Positions 54,555 through 64,000 of a stretch of 64,000 nt of DNA are shown here, piece by piece. The notes beneath the pieces are model-generated. The model saw only the letters and a list, made by a program, of their open reading frames with translations, searched no databases and was not told the origin of the DNA. Numbering within the stretch: position 1 is the stretch's first letter; each line of letters begins with the position of its first letter. Origin of the DNA: the human T2T-CHM13v2.0 reference genome, Homo sapiens. The position numbers and the translations under genes were made by a program. The stretch is taken from NCBI RefSeq assembly GCF_009914755.1, contig NC_060938.1; one strand, written 5' to 3'.

Positions 54555-54965
54555 TGTGTGAGGCTATTCTTGTGTTGCTATAAAGAAATACCCAAGACTG
54601 GGTAATTTATAAAGAAAAGATATTAAATTGACTCATGGTTCTGCCGGCTGAATATCCTATGCAGCATGGGGCCAGCATCTGCCTGGCTTCTGGGGAGGTC
54701 CCAGGGATCTTTCCGTCATGGTGGAAGGTGAAGTAGGAACAAGCATGTTACATGGTGAGAGCGGGAGGAAGAGAGAGAGTGGGAGAGAGGTGCCACGTAT
54801 TTGTAAACAACCATATCTCATGAAAACTCATTCACTATCACAAGGACAGTTCCAAGCCAGAAGGGATCTTTCCCGATGAACGAAACACTTTTCACCAGGC
54901 CCCATCTCCAACAATGGGGATTATATCTCTGCATGAGATTCAGAGAAGACATCCAAACTATTTCA
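54555..54965 (-). mobile_element. MSTB-like MaLR solo LTR
   Basis: ttgctataaagaaatacccaagactgggtaatttataaagaaaaga...acatccaaactatttca; TSD atatt/atact. Confidence 0.88.
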
Positions 54966-55374
54966 ATACTGTATAGTTTTTGATATGCCTTGAAGCTGGC
55001 TTTATGTTCAAAGTACAAAAAAGTACAAAGGTATGTGTAAATTATGTATAATACATACACAAGAAAATAAATAAATTCATTAGGATAGCACATAAATTAT
55101 ATTTTAAATTCCCTGTACTAAAGTAATAAGACCACATACTTTGTTAAATATTTCCTGGAAGACTATATTATTATTTTATTGAGTCAAGTAACTTATTAAG
55201 GGAAAAGAGACACTATAATATTTATGGTCCATGATTCATATTTCAAAAATCAAAACTTCATTGAGGGAGAAAAAATATCAAGATATTTAACCCAAGCTAT
55301 TGTTCAGTTATTAATCTTTGTTAGTTAGAGAAACAACATAAATGCTCCCAGTTAAAATAGCAGAGTCATACACA

Positions 55375-56760
55375 TTGATTTATCAGTTTTGGACATGTTA
55401 TATTTGAGATGCTTATTAAACATGAATAGGAATATGTTAAGAAGGAAGCTACAAATAGAGTTCGGGTGGGAGGTCTGGACTACAAATATAAATTTAGGAA
55501 TCATCAGCATATATGATATTTAAGGTCATGAGACTAGATGAGATTAGAAAGAAAATGTGTTGTTGATTTAAAAAAAATAAAAGGAAGAGGTGCAAGGTTT
55601 AAGCTCTAGGGCACTCTGGTGTTAGGAGATCAGGGAGAAAAAAAGAGACTAATAAGAAGAATTCAGAGAAGAAGAAGAAAAAACAGATGAGTGTGTTGTC
55701 TTGGCAGCCAAGTAAATTCAATGTTTTCTGTAGAAAATTGTGAGGAACTGAATTAAATGCTACTGACGGTTCAAGTAAAATAAGGAGTATTTCAGCTTCC
55801 CAGGGTTGATATGGTTACTGTCTCACAGTTCTGGAGTCTAGAGGTCTGAAATCAGGATGTCAGCAGGGCCCTGCTCCCTCTCAAGACTCTAAGGGAGATT
55901 CCTTCGTTGCTTCTTCCAGCTTTTGGTGGTTGCTGACAACCCTTGGCATTTTGTGGCTTGTGGCATCATAACTCCAATTTCTGCCTTTATTTTCACATAG
56001 CTTTTTCTTCTGTGCATTTTCTGTGTGTCTCTGTTTTCTGTTTTTATAAGAACAGCAGGCATTGAATTAGGGCCCACTCTAATCCAGTATGAGCTAATCT
56101 GAAAAATTATATCTTTAAAGACTCTCCTTTCAAAAAGGTCACATTTTGTAGTTCTGGGTAAATATGAATTTTGGGAGGCTCTATTCAACCTAGTATAAGG
56201 ACTAAAAATTAACTATTGAACTTAGCTAAGTGGAAGTTATTGGTGACCTACACAAGGAAAAATGGAATGGAGTGGAGTAGAGTGGTAGAGGGAAAAACAT
56301 ACGAACTGGTTTGGGTTCAACAAGATAGGTGGGAAGAAATTAGAGAAAATGAGAATAAACAATGTGAGGCAAAGGAGGGCAAAAAATCACACATAACCTA
56401 GAAGATCAAATGGAATCACAAGAGTTTTGTTTTGCTTTATTTAGTTTGGTTATGTTTTGATTTTCTTTTAATATTGGTGAAACAATATTTTTCTATCCTA
56501 CTGAAAAAGATGTGATATTGAATGGAACACCCTTTCTTAAAACAATAGAAAGATTATTGATGAAACAGTTTGCTTGAGTAAGCAAGAATAAATGGGACCC
56601 TGTGCTCATGAGGTGGCATGGTCTTAGCCAGGAAGAGAGGCAATGCATTGTGGGCAATGAGAACACATAAGCACAATGACAGGAAAATGGGTAGACGAGG
56701 AGATACAGCTTGTGGATATCTCCTCTGATTGCTTCAAATTTCTCAGGAAAATGGGAAACA
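55375..56760 (-). mobile_element. L2a remnant split by MLT1C
   Basis: tcagttttggacatgttatatttgagatgcttatta...tcaagtaaaataagg|actaaaaattaactattgaacttagc. Confidence 0.75.
55786..56195 (-). mobile_element. MLT1C MaLR solo LTR
   Basis: tctcacagttctggagtctagaggtctgaaatca...attagggcccactctaatccagtatga...ctattcaacc; perfect TSD TAAGG. Confidence 0.88.
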
Positions 56761-57860
56761 GTCTACCATCCTTACCTTGAAATGCCTGGAGATACAAGAA
56801 GAAGCAAGATTTACAAATATTTAATAAAGACAGAAGGGATACATGTTAGTCTTAGAAATTTACAGACAGAAATTGAGGCATAATAGGAATCGGCTTATGT
56901 GTGATAGAAGTAGTTGGGAATTTTCACAACTCTCAATAAAATCTTGAAATGGCTAATGAAGATTAAAAAAGGCTGATTAAGGAGATTAAATAATAAGTAA
57001 TTTTAAAAGTCCTTTCTAAAATTGCAATCTGAATGCTTTTATATTCCAAATATTAGCATAACAATAGAAATAAAATGAAGAGCTTGTTCATCTCAACCCA
57101 AAGAGAATGAAAATATTTACGGGTTTCTGATTTCCAAGATGGTATCAGTAAACATGGGCAGAATTACTCAGGCATCTTAACTTCTTAACATTCTTTGGAA
57201 TGTAATTAAAAGTATGCAACACAGAGAGAAGAAAACACTTGAACCTCATCTAAGTTGTTTGACTTATTTAACAGTTTTTTAAAAAATTAATATGATAGAT
57301 CTGTAACATGATCAGAAATACAATAGTTAAATTTGGCCTTGTTAGAATAGTTATTATTACTGAATGACTGTGTGCCCTTAAAAACAGAGGAATACTGTGA
57401 AACTTCAGAGCAGGACGACCTCTTAAAACTACTATTGTTCACTGTTCCAAATAAATTTATCATGGAGTTGAGATAAATGTTAGGTCACTAATGGCATACC
57501 TAACAATCTGCTAACTGGTAGATGTAATAAATAATATGTCTTTATTAGTCTTATAACAAACATTTAAAAAAACCTATGTTCCACTAGTCTTAAAGAACAG
57601 ATCACATGCATATTACATATGCATGCATAAATTTGAGTCTCTTATTTTCTATTCTGTGGGCTCAGTAGAAATTATGCAGTATATATAATTACAAAGACAC
57701 ACACATACACATATATCCCACTTAATATGGCTATACAGAGGATTACATAGATGACTTGATATGTGATTGACAAGATGTATATACCTTACATTAATATATG
57801 AAGATATAATAATGTAGCTCTGGGTACAAAATAAAAATATAAGTTTAGAGACATATATGG

Positions 57861-57862
<2 letters not shown>

Positions 57863-57901
<39 letters not shown>
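57863..57901. repeat. (CA)n(TA)n microsatellite
   Basis: About 15 CA units followed by TA units. Confidence 0.9.
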
Positions 57902-57945
57902 CCTACATACCATATGTATATTAATATGTCTTTCCATATTAACTA

Positions 57946-58332
57946 TTTTATGGGCTGAATCTTTGTGTTCCACATAATTATACACATATAATGTGTTGAA
58001 ATCCTACCACCAATGTGATGATAGTTGGAGGTGGGGCCTTTGGGAGGTGATTAGTATCTGATGAGATCATGAGGGTGGAGCCCTCAGGAATTTTATTAGT
58101 GCTCTTATAAGCATAACTAGAATGCTTGCTTCTTCTCTCTGCTCTACTCCCCACCATGTGAGGATAAAATGAGAAGATGGCAGTCTACAAACTGGAAGAC
58201 AGTCCTCACCTGACACTACCCATGCTGGCACTCTCATCTTGTACTTCCAACCTCCAAAACTATGAGAAGTAAATTTCTGTTTCTAAGCCACCAATGTATG
58301 GTACTTTGTTATAGCAACCTCAAACTAAGACA
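57946..58332 (+). mobile_element. MLT1A/MLT1A1 MaLR solo LTR
   Basis: tatgggctgaat...ggaggtggggcctttgggaggtgattag...ttgttatagcaacc...aactaagaca; TSD aacta/aactc. Confidence 0.88.
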
Positions 58333-58352
58333 AACTCTTTAAATATATGGAT

Positions 58353-59061
58353 TGAAGACTAAGCTCTGATTTTTTTTTTATCTTGCCCAAATTCCTATTG
58401 GACAGGTCTAGGGAGTCATGCCCTATAAACCATAAATTCTCATCAGATGATTTTATTTAACCCTATATCATGACTTACTTTCCAATCTAACTGTGGCATA
58501 ACATTATGTGACAAAGAAGAAAGTCAAAACATTTTACCCCAAAACATGTTTCTTTGCCATATTTTGAAACGGCCCTGCAAAGCTGTCCTTTGTGGGGGGA
58601 AAATTGCATCTGTAAAGAATCTCTGTTAACATAGCTAGATCTTTTTCTTCCAGGCCCTCTCAATCCTGAAGAGATTAGTTAAGAGCCTAGAACCTTTTAA
58701 AGATCTGAATAGGAAACATTTGTCATCTATCATCAGTAAGGGCAGCCACTATAAGACTTCAAAAGAACCTTGGTCTTCATAGTCTTTTATCTTAACCTGA
58801 ACATTTTCTTTCTAGCTATCCCAAGTCTTTAAACAAACTCAACCTTCCTGCCTTTCTGGACCAAACCAATGTATTTCTTAAATGTATTTGATTGATGTCT
58901 TATGCCTCCCTAAAATGTATGAAACCAAGCTGCACCTCAACAACCTTGGGCACATGTTCCCAGGACCTCCTGAGGGCTGTGTCACAGGCCATGGTCACTC
59001 ATATTTGGCTCAGAAAAAATTTCGTCAAATATTTTACAGAGCGTGACTCTTTTCATCGACA
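58353..59061 (+). mobile_element. MER4E-like ERV1 solo LTR
   Basis: TGAaGACTAAGCTCTGATTTTT..ATCTTGCCCAAATTCCTAT...ggtcactcatatttggctcagaa...ttttcatcgaCA; perfect 4-bp TSD GGAT. Confidence 0.88.
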
Positions 59062-60431
59062 GGATATTAACTCGATGCAAAATATGTCCTTTTTAAAACA
59101 TGAGAAATGTCAAATAATATGTACTTGTTTTATAATTATAAGGTCATTTCATTAAAAAATACAAATATTTTAAAACATTATGGATGATTTTGTAAGTCAG
59201 AGTATTTTGTTATGAAGTCTTATGGGCCAGTGTGTATTTGGGACACTGTGCAGAATATACCCACCAACACAGAAGCCTGTATTCCGAAAAAAATACATGT
59301 CCACAAAAAAGTCAATTACCATTTAAAAAATAGTAATCTTATTTTTTAAAGGGGTCATAGGTTTTCCGTAGGCAATCTTTATTACTTTGGTAGTGGGCAT
59401 AAGGCAATGAGAATTTAGCTATCAGGGACATCTGGACCTTGCTCAAATAACTTATGTTCAACAATGTACAGTACAACAATCAACACACTGAATTTGTGTT
59501 GTAGAAATAACCACAAGAAATGTTAGCACTTCAGATAAATTTTACTAAGCTCTTAGTGTTTAACATATTTTTCAGAATCTACCTAGTTGCTTGCTTAGCT
59601 TGGAAATTCGTTAGGACATGTCTGATTAATTTATAGAATATACATTAAAATATTTTACTAATGAGCAGAGCAAGTGGGAATAAATGTGTGACACCTGTAG
59701 AACATTATGCCATTTTTGTGTGTGGAAAATTGCACAGGATTCTGACACTTTTAGTATACTGTTAAAGAGGTACTTCACACATTATGCCATTGACTTTCCA
59801 ATAAACCATTAAATACCTTTTTATTCCTAACATAACTATTTAACTGCTAGACCAACATAACCCTGCCGAAAGCCTCAGTAAATTGCGCAGACGTTTCCAC
59901 CCCAAAGAGGTAGGATTCAATAGCCTGGGTGCAAAGATCATTAGGCAGTGTAGATTTCAAGGAATGTGTTAGTGTCTTCTGAATTGCAGAAATAAAACAA
60001 TTTTTTCATGTAGTGGTACTGTCTTCACACTTGCCTAGTTATTACAGAATAGGCACAGCCAACTCAGGATTGAGAGTAACTTGAAAGTTATAAATAGAAA
60101 CAAAATCACTATAATTTCAAAGGAGATGCTACATACTTCATCTTTCCCCATATATCATTGGAAAGACCAAAGAAAATAATATATACAATACAGAAAATTC
60201 ATTAGTGCTCTTAAAGTACTCTTCTCATCTCTTCCTAATGTAGCCGGTTCATCAGTCTGATTCAGCCACTCCTTCTCTTCTCCCCTATCTACCCCTAGCC
60301 TACCCCTAGCATGATGCATTTCACTGTTTGGATTTCTGTTCTCTTTGATTATAGGTAACGACTTCAGAGGACCTCTTATTAATTGAGTGCCTTTAACTAT
60401 GTAAGCATTAGAAACTCAAAAATGAGTGACA

Positions 60432-60727
60432 GGCCAGGTGCGGTGCCTCATGCCTGTAATCCCAGCACTTTGGGAGACTGAGGCAGGCAGATGACCTGAG
60501 GTCAGGAGCTTGAGAGCAGCCTGGCCAACATAGTGAAACCTCGCCTCTACTAAAAATACAAAAATTAGCCAGGCGTGATGGTGGGTGCCTGTAATCTCAG
60601 CTACACGGGAGGCTGAGGCAAGAGAATTGCTTGAACCCGGGAGGTGGAGGTTGCAGTGAGCCTAGAGTGCACCACTGCACTCCACCCTGGGCGACAGAGT
60701 GAAACTCTGTCTAAAAAAAAAAAAAAA
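60432..60727 (+). mobile_element. AluSx/Sz
   Basis: Full two-arm Alu; TSD agtgac. Confidence 0.95.
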
Positions 60728-60792
60728 GTGACTATTGGATAAATTAATGAGTAAATGTATGAATACATTAATAAAACATATACTGATGAATA

Positions 60793-61238
60793 GAGTTGAC
60801 TCTTAAATAGAACAGATTTTTAACTATGTGGATCCACTTATAGACAGATTCTTCTACCTCTTTCTACCTCTGTCACCCTGAGACAGCAAGGCCAATCCAT
60901 CCTCATACCCCTGCTCCTCAGCCTAGTCAATGTGAAGACCATGAGGATGAAGAACTTTATGATGATCCACTTCCATTTAATGAATAGTAAATATATTTTT
61001 TCTTTTGATTTTCTTGATAACATTTTCTTTTCCCCAGTCTACTTTATTTTGAAAATACAGTATAAAATATTTATATGTAACATACAAAATACATGTTAAA
61101 TGACTGCTTGTATTATCAACAGGGTTTCTGGTCAACAGTAATCTATTAATAGTTTTGGAGGAGCCAAAAGTAATGCATGAATTTTTGACTGTGTAGGTGG
61201 TGGATACCCTAATCCCCACATTGTATAAGGGTCAATTG
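60793..61238 (+). mobile_element. Tigger2a (Tc1/mariner-pogo) non-autonomous element
   Basis: TIR remnants gagttgactctt...aagggtcaattg flanked by TA; gaggatgaagaactttatgatgatccacttcca. Confidence 0.88.
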
Positions 61239-61442
61239 TAAAGCCAAAAGGGTAGATGGGTTTTTTTTTAAAGTAGAAATATTTATGCTCACAGTCTTGA
61301 GAAGTATCTATGTATCCCTTGTTAAATTAACTCTCTCACCACTTCACTTCTTCAGTACCAGCATTTTTCTTTATTGCATCTTTTCTGTATGTTTCCATTA
61401 ACTTGTGTGTTTGTGTCTGTCTGTCTGTGTGTGTGTGTGTAA

Positions 61443-61807
61443 ATCCAGCAGAGCCAATGGTACAGTTTCAGTCTGAGTCTGAAGGCCTGACAATTAGGAT
61501 TGCTGATAGTGTAAATTACAGCTTGAGTCTGAGAGTAAAGGCAGGAGAAAACCAATATCCCAGCTCAAATAGGGTTAGACGGAGTTCTACCCCTCTCTCT
61601 TCTCTCTCTTACTCAAACTTCTTCTATTCAGGCTTTCAACAGATTGGATGAGATCCACCCACAGTGGGGTAAACAACATGCTTCACTCAGTCTTTACTAA
61701 TTCAGGTGTTAATCTCATCCAAAACACCCTCACAGACACACCCAGAATAATCTTTAATGAAATGTCTAGGTACTTTGTGGTCAAGTTGATGCAAAATTGT
61801 CATCACA
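61443..61807 (-). mobile_element. MLT2 (B/C-like) LTR, partial
   Basis: gtctgagtctgaaggcctga...aatctcatccaaaacaccctcacagacacacccagaataa...gtcaagttga...catcaca. Confidence 0.85.
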
Positions 61808-62671
61808 ATACCTTATCTATCTATCATCTCTCCGTATGTGCCTGTGTGTATGTGTATGTATGTGTAAGATTTAGTCATTGATGTACACATCCTCATCTAA
61901 TAAGCACCTCATTTGAACATGACGATGATAGGTAAGCATTGCTTTGAATAGGAAAGAAGAAAAATTATCTGAAGCCATCACATCATGAAAAATTAACCAT
62001 AATATAAATTTTATTAAAAGACAAAATTTATTTCTTTTCCTGTGTAGTGTGGCACTAAATTAAAATTTAATTATTCAGTCAAACTTAATAGTACATGTCA
62101 GTTACTGAACTAGCTACTGGGAATACAACAGGCAAAAACATAAAGTTGAAAGAATAAGACACCAGTACTATGCACATTTTGTTGTCTTTATATAGTTTGG
62201 TAAACCTGGTTTCAATCCTGGGAAAAAAGAAAAGCAGTTGAGATCAGTAAAAAAGAAATCAACATGTATGTAAGTGCCTTTTTTTTTTAATCCAACACTG
62301 GGTCTTAATATCCCTTAATGCAAATTCTTAGCTTCAGTCAAATCAGCCTCCTTACTGTTTAGACTATCAAAGAGGTAAACTGTCCTTACACTTATCCTTT
62401 TGTTTCCATAGACATTTGCCCTTATTTTGTGTTTAAAACACCTTTATGATATGTGCTAAAAAACCCTAGATCATGAGTTGAAAAGCAGACTACCAATGTA
62501 ATTACTACTACTGTGCTTTTTCCAGATGAACATTAACTGTCAGCACAGAAAATATAGCCTGACTCAGACCATTCCTTGGCAATGGAAAGTCAAAGTACCG
62601 GAACAATGATATCATCAGATAATCCAGTTCTCTTACTTTCTTTTGCATTCTGCAGTGTCACATTGTCCTAA

Positions 62672-63315
62672 TGTTGTAGGAGTTATTAAGAAATTATTTT
62701 AAGCAGATAGAGAGGAAAAGGGGTCCTTGGGAAGTTTTCTTTTTTTAAGCATCTCTGGAAAAGTTTCTTGTAAAGTCCCAGCTCTCAGAGCCAGGCTAGC
62801 AACTTTTGATATGCAAATGTAGACCATTAGAAACTGGGTTCACCCAACATGGTGATTCCAGCGGCTTTCTTGTCCTTGCCCCACATGTCCCTGGCAAATG
62901 GCTGCCTCCACATATCCCCACGTGTGTAGAACATCATGGTGTCCTGCATTTGCATATTAAAAGGCCAGGGTGGGAGGACCAGCTTTTTCCGGGTCATGTG
63001 AATGACATGCCTGGTCAAACCAATTCCCTGAGCCCTGTGCAAATCAGACACCGCCTCCTCCAGCCTTTGCATATATACCTGGCTTGTGTCCACTGCACTT
63101 GGGAACCCCCTCTTTTGGCTTTGGAGCCCCCACCCCCACCCCCGGCTCTGTCTCTGTACAGGGGAGCTTCTTTCTTCTGTCTTCTCCCTTCCTTCTTGCC
63201 TATTAAACTCTCCGCTCCTTAAAACCACTCCATGTGTGTGTGTCAGTATCGTTTTTTCTAATTCGACATGAGGACCAAGAACCCTGGTGTTCCTTCGCAC
63301 ATTGGAGCCGTATCA
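62672..63315 (+). mobile_element. LTR9B-like ERV1 solo LTR
   Basis: TGTTGTAGGAGTTATTAAGAAATTATTTT...tgcaaatcagacaccgcctcctccagcc...ctattaaactctccgctcc...gagccgtatCA; near-TSD ctaa/ctga; two octamer motifs. Confidence 0.8.
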
Positions 63316-63582
63316 CTGAGCCTGGATCTTAGCCCAGATTTATGATAGGTGCCAGAGTTTCCTGGAGCTACCGCTTTTTCATTCTTATCATGTAGAAAAG
63401 TTTAACCTGATTGATCTGGCTGAGAACTCATACCTGCACCTGACCTTATCACTGAGCCTGGATCCTAGCCCAGATTTATGATAGGTGCCAGAGTTTCCTG
63501 GAGCTACCGCTTTTTCATTCTTGTCATGTAGAAAAGTTTAACCTGATTGATCTGGCTGAGAACTCATACCTGCACCTGACCT
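63311..63582 (+). repeat. 136-bp tandem duplication (63311-63446 and 63447-63582)
   Basis: The copies differ at only two positions I can see. Confidence 0.97.
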
Positions 63583-63971
63583 TACCACTGTGACAAGCAG
63601 CATGAAGGGACTGACTGGCTAAAGTGACATTATTCACAACACAACAGAAGTAAGAGGTGGTGCCAACTTCTGCACAATCAGATCATCCCCAAATTAATAT
63701 TTGGGGATGTCGGAAAGTAAAAACCTGGTGGAAAGCAGCTAACAAAGATTGTCAATGTCAGAGACAGGACTGTATTAAAAGCAGGGGGATATGACCCCAA
63801 AATTAAATTCCCTAGGAAGGAAATACAAAGCACATGTGATTTGCAGTCCTTCAAATGTGATAGCCAGATTTTTAGCATTAAAAATTAACATCATTGATGA
63901 GTTAGTAAACTGCTAATATTCCATATTGTTTATTAGCAGAGATTTGTAGGGTTAGATAAATCACATTTTAT

Positions 63972-64000
63972 AAAAACAAAACAAAACAAAACAAAAAACA
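63972..64000. repeat. (AAAAC)n microsatellite
   Basis: aaaacaaaacaaaac... Confidence 0.85.

Noticed and set aside
59915-60060. Possible MER91/hAT fragment
   Set aside because: The resemblance is too weak to call without a Dfam search.
62806-63300. Overlapping 138-aa and 157-aa ORFs
   Set aside because: Entirely inside the LTR9B-like element; chance ORFs in GC-richer sequence.

Overview
AT-rich primate (most likely human) genomic DNA. It carries AluJ/S/Y, L1PA/L1MA, THE1/MST/MLT MaLR LTRs, MER9, LTR9, MER4, MER20, Tigger2a, L2 and MIR. I find no credible protein-coding gene, tRNA, rRNA or CpG island; the supplied ORFs are chance ORFs or reading-frame remnants in Alu, L1, LTR and microsatellite sequence. 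Roughly half the window is recognisable transposon relic, including a near full-length ~7.5 kb L1MA4-type element, a 4.3 kb 5'-truncated L1PA16/17-type element, several solo LTRs with readable TSDs and several nested insertions. Signals the repeats do not explain: (1) a strong + strand bias of Alu, L1 and ERV1/ERVK insertions, suggesting an intron of a minus-strand transcription unit; (2) minus-strand exon candidates, the best being a 10-nt microexon at 56776-56785 with a branch point, AG-exclusion zone and UGC motif; (3) a ~350 bp degenerate palindrome at 33750-34095; (4) several local duplication and template-switch scars (1889-2496, 5701-6181, 39417-41057, 63311-63590); (5) LTRs carrying OCT4- and DUX4-type motifs. 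Repeat subfamily names come from remembered consensus sequences, not a database search. I cannot identify the locus or claim a new biological system with confidence.
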